The notes below the pieces were generated by a model. It had not been told where the DNA came from and did not search any database. It saw only the letters and a list, made by a program, of their open reading frames with translations. A stretch of DNA of 24,000 nt from Tepidiphilus sp. J10 (GTDB taxonomy: Bacteria > Pseudomonadota > Gammaproteobacteria > Burkholderiales > Thiobacillaceae): positions 49,373 through 73,372 of the forward strand of contig CAMDGQ010000001.1 in assembly GCA_945897955.1 (NCBI GenBank). Reading direction: 5' to 3'. This document shows positions 1 through 8,591 of the stretch, one piece after another. The stretch's first letter is position 1. The number at the start of each line of letters is the position of its first letter. Made by a program: the position numbers and the translations under genes.

Positions 1-1514
1 GGCGCATCGTCCAGCCGCAGCCGACGGGAAAACTCGGCCAGTGTCATCAGCGCGTTGTACCAGAGCGCATTCAGTTCCACCGGCTTGCCGATGCGCGGCG
101 TCACCGGTCGGCCATCGACACGCGCATCCATCCAGGTCAGTTGGGTCGCTTGTTTGGCATCCACCTCGGCAGCTTCCACCTCTCCGGCGCGCAGTAGGCC
201 ATCGGCCGGGTCGACGCCGATGCCGTAACGCGTGCCATTGGCGTAGTGATCGAGCAGCGCCGCCAAAGCCGGGTAATGCCGCGCCAGCGCGACCAAGTCA
301 CCGCCGGCTTCAACATAAGCGCGCCAGGCCTCGATGTACCAGAGCGGCGCATCGGCGGCGTTGTACTCCGGCGCCGCGCCGTCTTCCGGGAAGTGGTTGG
401 GCAGCAGGCCGTTTTCCAGAAACCCTGCCCAACTTTCCAGCAAGCGGCGCGCGTCATCGTGGCGATGCGCCGGCAAGGTCAGGCCGGGCAACGCGATGAA
501 GCTGTCGCGGCCCCAATCGCCAAACCAGGGATAGCCGGCGATCACCGACACGCCGTCTGCGGTGCTGTTGGGCAAGGCGCGGCGCACCAGAAAGCTGTCG
601 GCGGCCAGCACCAACTGGTCGATCCAGGCCGGTGCGGCGGCCAGCGCCGGGCTTTGCACTTTCGCCTGGCGCAGCAGGCTGGCGTCGTGATGCAGGCGCT
701 GCCGTAACGATTCGCCCAGATAAGGCGCGGCATCGGCCTGCATCGAAGCGGTGAAGCCGACCCATTCGCCAGCATGCAAGGGCAGTTCCAGTACACCGAC
801 GCAGAGATGGTTGTCCCGGTCCGGCAGGCCGCGCGCGCGTTCGGCCGGGAGATCGAAGCGTTCGACCCAGTGGTATTGCGCCTGAAAGCGCCCGCAACGG
901 CTGCGGAATGACAGCGGGACGCCTTGCGGCAGCACAACCCGGAGTGCGTCTTCACCCAACTCGATGTGTGGGGCGAAGCCTCCTGCTTCGGTCTGGCCGT
1001 GATGATCGCGTGCATTGACCAGCAAGCGCACCGCAAGCCGTGGGCGCCGCGATTCATCGTGCTCGGACAGCAAACGCCAGGCCAGGCAGGTGGTATTCGC
1101 CCCCGCCTGCATCCAGATGCGCGCCTCCAGCCGCACGTCGCCGATGGCGTAGCGCCAGACCGGCTGGCGACCGTCGAGATGAAATGATTCAAGCTGCAAA
1201 TAACCGCGCGGCTCGATCGCGCCGCCCTGCCAGCGGTTGCTGTGCAACGGGAAGGTGCGATCGCCGACGATCAAGTCTGCATCAGCCTTGGCGAACACCA
1301 AGGTTCGCCCCAAAGGTGGTTGCATCGGCGCGAACAAAAGCCCGTGATAACGCCGCGTCAGCGTACCGGCGATAGTGCCCGCCGCGTAACCGCCAAGGCC
1401 GTTGGACAGCCACCATTCACGCCGCTCGGCCTGATCGAGATCATTGCAGACCTCGCGGCCGAAGCGAATGAATTGGGGTAAGGCCTGTTCCACGGTGCGC
1501 TCCCGCCCCGGCAT
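1..1514 (-). CDS. Glycogen debranching enzyme, archaeal-type / amylo-alpha-1,6-glucosidase family (first ~504 codons; 3' end lies beyond the left edge)
   Basis: Absent from the ORF track because it runs off the window. My minus-strand translation from ATG 1514-1512 stays open to position 3. It reads MPGRERTVEQ..REWWLSNGLGGYAAGTIAGTLTRRYHGLL..VIAGYPWFGDWGRDSFIALPGL..LPNHFPEDGAAPEYNAADAPLWYIEAW..TWMDARVDGRPVTPRIGKPVELNALWYNAL, which are hallmark GDE N-terminal and GDE_C motifs. The ATG overlaps the stop of the upstream DUF2934 gene (ATGA). Track ORFs 41..499, 246..707, 137..457, 454..897 and 542..1192 are other frames of this gene. Confidence 0.8.
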   Translation of the reverse strand, partial: MPGRERTVEQALPQFIRFGREVCNDLDQAERREWWLSNGLGGYAAGTIAGTLTRRYHGLLFAPMQPPLGRTLVFAKADADLIVGDRTFPLHSNRWQGGAIEPRGYLQLESFHLDGRQPVWRYAIGDVRLEARIWMQAGANTTCLAWRLLSEHDESRRPRLAVRLLVNARDHHGQTEAGGFAPHIELGEDALRVVLPQGVPLSFRSRCGRFQAQYHWVERFDLPAERARGLPDRDNHLCVGVLELPLHAGEWVGFTASMQADAAPYLGESLRQRLHHDASLLRQAKVQSPALAAAPAWIDQLVLAADSFLVRRALPNSTADGVSVIAGYPWFGDWGRDSFIALPGLTLPAHRHDDARRLLESWAGFLENGLLPNHFPEDGAAPEYNAADAPLWYIEAWRAYVEAGGDLVALARHYPALAALLDHYANGTRYGIGVDPADGLLRAGEVEAAEVDAKQATQLTWMDARVDGRPVTPRIGKPVELNALWYNALMTLAEFSRRLRLDDA

Positions 1515-1729
1515 CAGCCGCGATCCTGCTGTGCGCGCAATTCCGCTTCGGCAGATAGCCAGTCTTGCATCTCGAAGCCAGGTGCAAATCCGCGTTGCTC
1601 AGCCAGGAAATAGGCTGCTTTGGCAACGGCCCCAATGAATTCATCCTGCCACGGGGCACGTTGCGGCGCTTCAGTGGCGCTGGCGGAAGACCCGGTTTTC
1701 ACACTTTCTCGCTTGTTGGGCGTTTTCAT
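1514..1729 (-). CDS. DUF2934 family small protein
   Basis: The C-terminal AAYFLAEQRGFAPGFEMQDWLSAEAEL is the DUF2934 signature. Start is placed at ATG 1729 (MKTPNK..) because GAGGAG lies 6 nt upstream. The track start at 1771 sits only about 5 nt from the predicted transcription start of the promoter at 1784-1809. Confidence 0.75.
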   Translation of the reverse strand: MKTPNKRESVKTGSSASATEAPQRAPWQDEFIGAVAKAAYFLAEQRGFAPGFEMQDWLSAEAELRAQQDRG

Positions 1730-1783
1730 CACCATCTCCTCGATTGTTGCGTGCGCTGATCGAAATGCCATTGCTGCAAGTAG

Positions 1784-1809
1784 GTCGGCCGAGCATCCAA
1801 TTCCTGACA
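1784..1809 (-). promoter_or_regulatory. ECF-type promoter copy 1 (TGTCAGGAAT-N12-CGAC), reads leftward toward DUF2934 / debranching enzyme
   Basis: Minus strand 1809->1784 = TGTCAGGAAT tggatgctcggc CGAC. An A/T-rich stretch lies upstream. CGAC ends 55 nt before ATG 1729. Confidence 0.65.
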
Positions 1810-1857
1810 GTAATTTTTCTGGATACAGGCGTTATTGCTCCCGACTTGGTCACTTCA

Positions 1858-2295
1858 TCACGCGCTGAATCGGCCAAGCAGACTGTTCCACCAGCGTTTG
1901 CGATTACCAGGCAGAAGAGTGTCCGTATCGATAGCTTCGGGAGGATCAAGGCTCAATACCCAGCCTGGCTGCACTTTGAAACCACTACTGCCGCAGGTGG
2001 CCCCGAGATTGTTCGGATCGTAGATCTTGACCAGGCTGGGGCCATCCGGCTTGTCGACATAAACAATGCCCAGATAGGCTTCGTCATGCTCCCGGCGCAG
2101 CAAATCGTCGATTTCGAATAGGGTCGCGCGAAAAGCTTCCGGTGCCAACGGCTCACAAGGCACTTCCGCACCCACGGCGTAGGCGTACCAACGACTCTCG
2201 TTTTGCCTCTTCAACTGTCCCAGCAAGGCGTCCCAGTCCGACCAGCGCAACACCCCGAACAGTGGTCCGTTCAATTTGGCGCTAAAGGTATTCAT
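1858..2295 (-). CDS. Hypothetical protein (145 aa), last gene of the thioredoxin operon
   Basis: Complete ORF. Its ATG overlaps the stop of the upstream thioredoxin gene (ATGA at 2292-2295), implying translational coupling. I recognise no family. Confidence 0.6.
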   Translation of the reverse strand: MNTFSAKLNGPLFGVLRWSDWDALLGQLKRQNESRWYAYAVGAEVPCEPLAPEAFRATLFEIDDLLRREHDEAYLGIVYVDKPDGPSLVKIYDPNNLGATCGSSGFKVQPGWVLSLDPPEAIDTDTLLPGNRKRWWNSLLGRFSA

Positions 2296-2690
2296 TGAGC
2301 TTCTCCCCGTAACAGACCCAGAAGCTTGCGCTCGCTCTGGCCGCCCAGTTCCACCCGGCGAATCACCTCCGCCTCCACCAGCACAAAGCTGGGCGTGGCG
2401 GCGATGCTGAAGCCGTGTGCGATCTCGGGTGCTTCAGCGATGTTGATCTTGATCAGGTTGCGATGCGTTGCCCTCAGCCTGTCCACCAGCGGGGTCATGG
2501 CTTTGCAAGGGCCGCAATGAGGCGTGTAAAAATAGTACAACCGGCGCGGGTCGGCGTGCGCATTTCCGTCCACCGCCGAGGTGTCCGGTACCGCCCGACC
2601 TTCAGCCCTCACCGCACGTCGCTCGATGAGAAACTGAATCAGGAAAATCAGAGCAAACAGCACAACAAGAAATGTCAGCGGCCAGGTCAT
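2292..2690 (-). CDS. Membrane-anchored thioredoxin-family protein (CGPC active site)
   Basis: MTWPLTFLVVLFALIFLIQFLI is an N-terminal TM helix. YYFYTPHCGPCKAMTPLVD is a thioredoxin fold with a CGPC motif. Start is moved to ATG 2690 (GGAGAT 4 nt upstream). The track extension to 2870 overlaps the 116-aa gene and looks like a shadow frame. Confidence 0.8.
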   Translation of the reverse strand: MTWPLTFLVVLFALIFLIQFLIERRAVRAEGRAVPDTSAVDGNAHADPRRLYYFYTPHCGPCKAMTPLVDRLRATHRNLIKINIAEAPEIAHGFSIAATPSFVLVEAEVIRRVELGGQSERKLLGLLRGEAQ

Positions 2691-2739
2691 GGCAATCTCC
2701 AAAATGCGTTGCAACTCATTGAGTTCGGATGGCGTGAAT

Positions 2740-3090
2740 TCAATAGCCAAATTCGCCCAGCCACTCGCCCCGGTGGTAGTCGATGGACAGCCAGTGCGGA
2801 ACATAGGGGCGGGGATTGGCGATCGGAAAATCATCCATGGGGGGACTGCCAGGTAGATCGGAAATGGCACAGACCCGGGTCATCACCGGGCGAAAGCGGA
2901 CCGAGAGGCGGTCGGAGACCGATGTTGCTGTCTCCTTGCCCAGCTCCCTGAAGCGCACTCGCTTACGAATCAGGCAGGAAAACAACAGCTCCATTTCGGC
3001 CAACAGCGGCGACTCGCGTTCGGCAAGGGCTCGCGTCGCCCGCGAGCTGAGGCGGATTTCGACGGTTTTGTCGGCAAGTGTGATGTGCAT
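2740..3090 (-). CDS. Hypothetical protein (116 aa), first gene of the thioredoxin operon
   Basis: Complete ORF starting 47 nt downstream of ECF-type promoter copy 2. I recognise no family. Confidence 0.6.
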   Translation of the reverse strand: MHITLADKTVEIRLSSRATRALAERESPLLAEMELLFSCLIRKRVRFRELGKETATSVSDRLSVRFRPVMTRVCAISDLPGSPPMDDFPIANPRPYVPHWLSIDYHRGEWLGEFGY

Positions 3091-3136
3091 CGCGGTTTCC
3101 AGTTCAGACAGTCAGACATCAATTTCACGATGATTG

Positions 3137-3162
3137 GTCGTTCAGAAACTGGATTCCTGACA
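3137..3162 (-). promoter_or_regulatory. ECF-type promoter copy 2, reads leftward toward the 116aa-thioredoxin-145aa operon
   Basis: Minus strand 3162->3137 = TGTCAGGAAT ccagtttctgaa CGAC (then caat). Confidence 0.65.
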
Positions 3163-3262
3163 CTCAGGTATTGGTTTATCTGGTGAATTCAAAAACGTGT
3201 GGCACTTGCGGCCATCAATATCGGCCGGTCCATAATGCGAACCCCGCCCCCTTGGATGCGCC

Positions 3263-5116
3263 ATGCACCTGCCAGCAAGATTCAGCGGCATTTCCGCGCG
3301 ACTCTATTTCGCCTTTCTTGCGGCTGCCGCGATTCCAGTTGCCATCGCCGGGCTGGTGGGCATTCATTATTCGATTCAGGCCCTGCGCGACCAGACCCTG
3401 ACGCACCTGGACCAGGAGGTCGCCAGCCGGGCGGAAACAGTCGCCCGCTTCATGGAACAACTGGCCAGCGAAGTGTTGTACCTGAGCGCCTCGCCCGCGC
3501 TGGACGAGTGGGTGGAACAGCCGTCCGAAAGTGCCCGGCTGCGTCTGGAGCGCGATCTATCGGTCTTTGCAACGGCGTATCCGTATATCTATCAGGCGCG
3601 TTATCTCGATGTCTCGGGCCGCGAGCGGGTGCGCGTCGACCGTGTCGATCATGCGGTCAATGCTGTCCCCAGCCCGGCTTTGCAGGACAAATCCGACCGC
3701 TATTACTTTCGCGATGCAATGACACTGGCGGCGGGTCAGATTTATGTTTCCCCGCTTGATCTGAACATCGAACATGGCCGGGTGGAAACGCCGGAACGGC
3801 CGGTGATTCGGGTTGCCACGCCGGTCGCCGATGCCAGCGGGGTCAAACGTGGTCTGCTTATCATCAACCTGCACGCGGAACTGTTTCTACGTCAGGTCCA
3901 GCAAATGGCCGAAAGCCATGGCGGCACCGCGTACCTGTTCGATCGGGCCGGTTTTTTCCTGTCGCGATCCGGCCAATCCGCAGTCGAGTCATTCAGGATG
4001 CAGGCCGTCGACGCGCTCGACAGCGCCGTGCCCGGCGCGCTGCTGGCCGAGATTCTGTCAGGCAAACGCGGCGTGGTGGCGGAAGACAGCCAGGTTGTCG
4101 CCTACGCTCCGGTCAGCATGCAACCGATCGCCGGTCACCTGAATTCGCCGCCGCGCGCCTGGGCGCTGGCATTGGCTTACCCGCAAAGCCGCTTTTTCTC
4201 CGCCGTGTTCAATCTATACCTGCTGTATTCCGTCCTGGTCGCCGCGCTGGCGGCAACTGCCATCGCAGGCTGGCTGGTATCGCGCAGTCTGTTGCGGCGA
4301 CTGGTGGACGAACGGCGGGAACAGGATCGGCAATTGTTTCAGCGCGAAAAGATGAACACGTTGGGTGAACTCTCGATGGGCCTGGCGCATGAAATCGGCA
4401 ATCCACTGGCGGGCATGAAAGCGGTGGTGCAGGTGTTGCAGCAGGACGATGCGCCGGATGGATCGTCCAACGCGACGATGCACAAATACCTGCCGAAACT
4501 GGAGAATGAAATCGACCGGCTTTCCAGCTTCCTGCGCACCTTCAATGGTTTCGCCGCCCCCCAGGCGCACCAGCCGATACCTTGCCGATTGGAAGACGTG
4601 CTGGACGATGTGCTGCTCTGGACGCGTAAGGAAGCGCGCGAAAAGGGGATCGAGATTCAGTATCGCCGCTGTGGCAAGGACATCCCGCCGCTACTGGCGG
4701 ACCCGAATCAATTGAAGCAGTTGCTGCTGAATCTGGTCATCAATGCCATCCATGCGATAGACGGGCCCGGCCGTATCACGCTGTCGATGTGCAATTCGCC
4801 ACTCGGCCAGCCCGCCGCGATCTCACAACGGCGGCACATTCACTTTTGCGTCGAGGACGACGGGCCGGGTATCGCCGCTGAAGCCTTGCCGAAAATTTTC
4901 GAACCGTTCTTCACCACACGCCCGAATGGGACAGGTCTGGGATTGGCCGTGGTGAAGAAAATTGCCGATCAGCATGGCGCCACGATCCAGGTGCATACCG
5001 GTCCCAGCGGGCGCGGCAGCCGTTTCGAGCTGGCCTGGCCGGCGGCGGGTATGGACGCGCAGCAACCCGAAGCCGAAGCCTGTGCCGCGAGGCCGACCAT
5101 GAAGGACACCGCATGA
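3263..5116 (+). CDS. Sensor histidine kinase with a large periplasmic Cache-like domain (NtrB/AtoS-type transmitter)
   Basis: Two TM segments (LYFAFLAAAAIPVAIAGLVGI and LYLLYSVLVAALAATAIAGWLV) flank a region of about 270 aa. H-box ELSMGLAHEIGNPL; N-box LLLNLVINAIHA; G1 VEDDGPGI; F IFEPFFTT; G2 GTGLGLAV. The stop overlaps the response-regulator ATG (ATGA). Confidence 0.9.
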   Translation: MHLPARFSGISARLYFAFLAAAAIPVAIAGLVGIHYSIQALRDQTLTHLDQEVASRAETVARFMEQLASEVLYLSASPALDEWVEQPSESARLRLERDLSVFATAYPYIYQARYLDVSGRERVRVDRVDHAVNAVPSPALQDKSDRYYFRDAMTLAAGQIYVSPLDLNIEHGRVETPERPVIRVATPVADASGVKRGLLIINLHAELFLRQVQQMAESHGGTAYLFDRAGFFLSRSGQSAVESFRMQAVDALDSAVPGALLAEILSGKRGVVAEDSQVVAYAPVSMQPIAGHLNSPPRAWALALAYPQSRFFSAVFNLYLLYSVLVAALAATAIAGWLVSRSLLRRLVDERREQDRQLFQREKMNTLGELSMGLAHEIGNPLAGMKAVVQVLQQDDAPDGSSNATMHKYLPKLENEIDRLSSFLRTFNGFAAPQAHQPIPCRLEDVLDDVLLWTRKEAREKGIEIQYRRCGKDIPPLLADPNQLKQLLLNLVINAIHAIDGPGRITLSMCNSPLGQPAAISQRRHIHFCVEDDGPGIAAEALPKIFEPFFTTRPNGTGLGLAVVKKIADQHGATIQVHTGPSGRGSRFELAWPAAGMDAQQPEAEACAARPTMKDTA

Positions 5117-6486
5117 GCAACCGCATCCTGATCGTCGATGACGACGATACCCTGCGCGAAACCCTGGCCGACGTGCTGGCCCGCCACTACGAGGTGGATC
5201 AGGCGGCGGACGCGGCGAGCGCCTTGGCCATCGCCCGCAGTCGTTCATTCGATCTGGTGTTGCTGGATTTGCGCCTGCCCGACGGCAACGGCCTGGAAGT
5301 GTTGCAGCAACTGCACGAAATCGACGAGCGCCTGCTGGTAGTGGTGATGACCGCCTACCCGGAAATTCGCACCGCGGTGACCGCCCTCAAGGCGGGCGCT
5401 TACGATTATCTGAACAAGCCGTTCGATCTGGATGATTTGCGCGGCCTGGTGCGACGCGCGTTGGAAACCCAGCAACTGCGTACCGAGGTGGAGCGGCTGC
5501 GCGCCGCCGTGCCGCCGCTGGCCAATCTGGAAGGCATGATCGGCGCCAGTCCGGCCTTTCTGAGCATGGTGGAAGTCACCCGCCGGATTGCCGCCGCCGC
5601 CCGCACGCCGGTGTTGATCAGCGGCGAATCCGGCACCGGCAAGGAGCGCATCGCGCAGACCATCCACAATCTGTCGAGCCGCGCCGCCGGCCCCTGGGTG
5701 ACATTGAACTGTTCGGCCATCGCCGAAGGTTTGCTGGAATCGGAAATGTTCGGCCACGAAAAGGGCGCGTTCACGCATGCCGTCGCCAGCAAGCGAGGCC
5801 TGCTCGAACTGGCCGACGGCGGCACGTTGTTCCTGGACGAGATCGGCGACCTGTCACCGACGCTGCAACCCAAGCTGCTGCGCGTGATCGAGACCCAGTC
5901 GTTCCGCCGCGTAGGCGGTCAGCGCGAATTGCACGTCGACGTGCGTTTTGTCGCCGCCAGCAACCGTGACTTGAACGAACGCATTCGTCAGGGCCTTTTC
6001 CGTGAAGACTTGTATTACCGCCTGAATGTCGCCGGCATCGACGTGCCGCCCCTGCGCGAGCGGCGCGAGGATATTCCGCAACTGGCGCGGCATTTCCTGG
6101 CCCAGGCCGCCGCAGTGATGGGACTGCAAGTCGTTGATATCGCGCCGCTCGCCGAGACGCGGCTTGCCGCCTATGTCTGGCCTGGCAACGTGCGGGAATT
6201 GCGTAACGTGATGGAGCGCGCCCTGATTCTTTCCGGCGGCGCCAGGATCGAGGCGGAACACTTGCCGAAGGAACTCTGCACCAACGCCGCCTGCCGGTCG
6301 CAGGACGGATCGGCGCTGCCGTTCGCGCTGGCGGACATGGAAAAACTCCATATCGGACGCGTGCTGCGGCATTGCCGCGGCAACAAGACGCATGCCGCCG
6401 CATTGCTGGGCATCACACGGCTGACGTTGCGCAACAAGATTGCGCAGTACGAATTGCTGGAAGGGGCCGAGGAAGGCGAAGCGTAG
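5113..6486 (+). CDS. Sigma-54-dependent response regulator (NtrC family: REC + AAA+ + Fis-type HTH)
   Basis: REC domain (ILIVDDDD..DLVLLDLRLPDGNG..KP). Walker A GESGTGKE; GAFTHA loop; DGGTLFLDEIGDL; WPGNVRELRN; C-terminal HTH AAALLGITRLTLRNKI. Confidence 0.95.
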   Translation: MSNRILIVDDDDTLRETLADVLARHYEVDQAADAASALAIARSRSFDLVLLDLRLPDGNGLEVLQQLHEIDERLLVVVMTAYPEIRTAVTALKAGAYDYLNKPFDLDDLRGLVRRALETQQLRTEVERLRAAVPPLANLEGMIGASPAFLSMVEVTRRIAAAARTPVLISGESGTGKERIAQTIHNLSSRAAGPWVTLNCSAIAEGLLESEMFGHEKGAFTHAVASKRGLLELADGGTLFLDEIGDLSPTLQPKLLRVIETQSFRRVGGQRELHVDVRFVAASNRDLNERIRQGLFREDLYYRLNVAGIDVPPLRERREDIPQLARHFLAQAAAVMGLQVVDIAPLAETRLAAYVWPGNVRELRNVMERALILSGGARIEAEHLPKELCTNAACRSQDGSALPFALADMEKLHIGRVLRHCRGNKTHAAALLGITRLTLRNKIAQYELLEGAEEGEA

Positions 6487-6644
6487 ACCGGTATTCAACC
6501 CGCAAGGGCGTTGCCCTGGCGAAAACCAACCGGCCAGTAATTGACCATTCCGGTTAGTTTCTGACCGGCGCGGACGGCTATTTCATCGCAACGAAAAACG
6601 CTGTGCCTATTTGAAAACAAGGTGTTGGATCAGTTTTTCTCGAT

Positions 6645-6660
6645 TGGCATGCTTGCTGCT
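6645..6660 (+). promoter_or_regulatory. Candidate sigma-54 (-24/-12) promoter for the multiheme cytochrome gene
   Basis: TGGCATgcttgCTGCT compared with the consensus TGGCAC-N5-TTGCW. GG and GC have the correct 12-nt register, with two mismatches. It lies 39 nt upstream of ATG 6699 and directly downstream of a sigma-54 activator gene. Confidence 0.55.
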
Positions 6661-6698
6661 GTTGTCTCGTTGTTTTTTTACGCAGCGAGGGGAATGCC

Positions 6699-8576
6699 AT
6701 GAAGTTTCGTAGCTGGATGTTCAGGTTGATCGGGCTGATTGGTTTGCCCCTGTTTTGCCTCCCCCTGTCCGCCTCGGCGGCCTGGGACGACGACAAGGGC
6801 TGTCTGGCCTGCCACGAGGGTATCGAACGCATCGCCGATACGCCGACCATGAAGGAGTTGTCCTGCACCTTCTGCCACAAGGGCAATGGCGAGGAAGCCA
6901 AGGATGCCAAGGTGGCGCACAAGGGCATGTTCGCCAATCCGGCCGACTTCCGCGTTGCTGACCAGACCTGCGGCATCTGTCACGCCGAGCACTTGGCCAA
7001 CGGCAAGAAATCGCTGCACGCCACCATGGCTGGCATGATCTCCGGTACCCGCTACGGTTTCGGCGCGCAGGATCGCAAGTCCAAGTACGCCACCTATGCC
7101 GTGGACGGCGGCGTCGCCGACCGGCCCGGCGCGCTGCTGAGCCTACTGCAGGTTCCCAAATATGATCCGAAGAAACCGGATAGCGAGACCAACTCCCCCG
7201 GCGACGATTACCTGCGTAACCAGTGCCTGCGCTGCCACCTGTGGAGCGGCGGCGCGCAACAGACCGGCGACGCCCGCGCCAGCGGCTGCGCGGCCTGCCA
7301 CATGGTGTATTCCGACGCCGGCAAGTACACGGGCGGCGACAAGGCCATCGACAAGACCAAGGTCGGTCGGCCCAAGATGCACAAGATCACCACCAAGGTA
7401 CCCGAATATCAGTGTCTGCACTGCCACAACCGGGGCGGTCGCACCGGCGTCTCCTTCATCGGCACCATGGAGAGCGACAACTACGGTTCGCCCTACAAGG
7501 ACGACGGCAGCAAGCAGGGCAGCCTGCACGGCAAGCAATACAACCACCTGACCAAGGACGTGCACTACGAGAAGGGCATGAGTTGCGTCGATTGCCATAC
7601 TTCCCACGATCTGCACGGCGACGGCCGCATCTACGAGAAGAAGGAAAACGCCGTCGAGATTCGCTGCGAGACCTGTCACGGCGACACCAAGAAAGCGGCC
7701 ACCTTCACCACCCTCTGGGGCAACAAGCTGAACAACATCAGCATGAAGAATGGCAAGCCGGTGCTCACGGCCAAACTCACTGGCAAGGAACATCCGGTAC
7801 CGCAGTTGAAGGGCGCCAAGCTGAGCCAGGAAGGCCACACCGCCATGGTCGCCATCCCGAAGCACATGGAGAAACTGGAGTGCTACAGCTGCCACGCCAA
7901 GTGGGCGCCGCAGTGCTATGGATGCCATACCGACCATGACACCGGCAAACCGTCGCGCGACTGGCTGGCGGACGGCAACAATGAAGACCCGTCGAAGAAC
8001 GGCACCATGGGCGCAGTGGGCAATTCCGCCTTCACCTGGAACGAATCGCGCTCCTACCTGCGTTGGGAAACCCCGGTGCTGGGCATTAACGCCAAGGGCA
8101 AGGTGTCGCCGTTCATCCCCGGTTGCCAGGTGGTCTACACCCAGCATGACAGCAAGGAGAAGACCAAGACGGTGAGCAACAAGGTATTCACCACCGTACA
8201 CGGCACCAGCGGCTGGATGCAGAACCCGATCCAGCCCCACACCATTAGCCGATCCGCCCGCACCTGCGCCGATTGCCACATGAGCCGCAAGGCTATCGGC
8301 CTGGGCACCGGCACCTATGACGTCAAGCGCAACTTCCCGGATGGCGGCGGGCCTGACTTCGAGCCGGAACGCATCGTCGATGAGGAAGGCCGCCAACTAC
8401 AGGGCACTACCCACGAAGGCGCGCGGCCCTTCAACAAGGCCGAGCAGCAGCGCATCAGCCGGGTTGGCGCCTGTATCGCCTGCCATGGTTCCGGCAAGGT
8501 GACGCTGCAGAACAAGGCACCGACGGACGAACTGCATACCAAGGCGATCCGTTCTTACCTGAACAAGAAGAAGTGA
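6699..8576 (+). CDS. Secreted multiheme c-type cytochrome (12 CXXCH motifs)
   Basis: Signal peptide MKFRSWMFRLIGLIGLPLFCLPLSASA/AW. CXXCH sites: CLACH, CTFCH, CGICH, CLRCH, CAACH, CLHCH, CVDCH, CETCH, CYSCH, CYGCH, CADCH, CIACH. RBS GAGGGG lies 6 nt upstream. Confidence 0.9.
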   Translation: MKFRSWMFRLIGLIGLPLFCLPLSASAAWDDDKGCLACHEGIERIADTPTMKELSCTFCHKGNGEEAKDAKVAHKGMFANPADFRVADQTCGICHAEHLANGKKSLHATMAGMISGTRYGFGAQDRKSKYATYAVDGGVADRPGALLSLLQVPKYDPKKPDSETNSPGDDYLRNQCLRCHLWSGGAQQTGDARASGCAACHMVYSDAGKYTGGDKAIDKTKVGRPKMHKITTKVPEYQCLHCHNRGGRTGVSFIGTMESDNYGSPYKDDGSKQGSLHGKQYNHLTKDVHYEKGMSCVDCHTSHDLHGDGRIYEKKENAVEIRCETCHGDTKKAATFTTLWGNKLNNISMKNGKPVLTAKLTGKEHPVPQLKGAKLSQEGHTAMVAIPKHMEKLECYSCHAKWAPQCYGCHTDHDTGKPSRDWLADGNNEDPSKNGTMGAVGNSAFTWNESRSYLRWETPVLGINAKGKVSPFIPGCQVVYTQHDSKEKTKTVSNKVFTTVHGTSGWMQNPIQPHTISRSARTCADCHMSRKAIGLGTGTYDVKRNFPDGGGPDFEPERIVDEEGRQLQGTTHEGARPFNKAEQQRISRVGACIACHGSGKVTLQNKAPTDELHTKAIRSYLNKKK

Positions 8577-8591
8577 TGTTTGACTGAAACC

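Noticed and set aside
41-1192. Track ORFs 41..499, 246..707, 334..534, 137..457, 454..897 and 542..1192, which would appear to be the coding content of the left end.
   Set aside because: Their translations are Arg/Ala/Pro-rich low-complexity shadow frames. The third minus-strand frame gives an uninterrupted protein with debranching-enzyme motifs. It is simply absent from the track because it lacks an in-window stop.
2691-2870. N-terminal extensions given in the track for several genes: 2292..2870, 11367..12113, 12935..15382, 16119..16937, 20717..21340, 22539..23285 and 21806..22060.
   Set aside because: In each case the extension overlaps the neighbouring gene or a promoter and has shadow-frame composition. 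An internal ATG with a good Shine-Dalgarno begins the recognisable domain or signal peptide.
3200-3209. TGGCACTTGC upstream of the sensor kinase, resembling sigma-54 promoter elements.
   Set aside because: The GG and GC elements are adjacent rather than separated by the obligatory spacing (TGGCAC-N5-TTGC). It is therefore not a functional -24/-12 arrangement.
7143-8396. Long antisense ORF (417 aa) opposite the multiheme cytochrome. Similar cases are 5854..6498, 5771..6403 and 5245..5778 opposite the response regulator, 13484..14308 and 14411..14965 opposite the GGDEF/EAL gene, and 10459..11397 opposite TetR.
   Set aside because: These are typical GC-rich shadow ORFs with Ala/Gly/Arg/Val-biased sequence and no motifs. 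The opposite strand carries unmistakable domain signatures.
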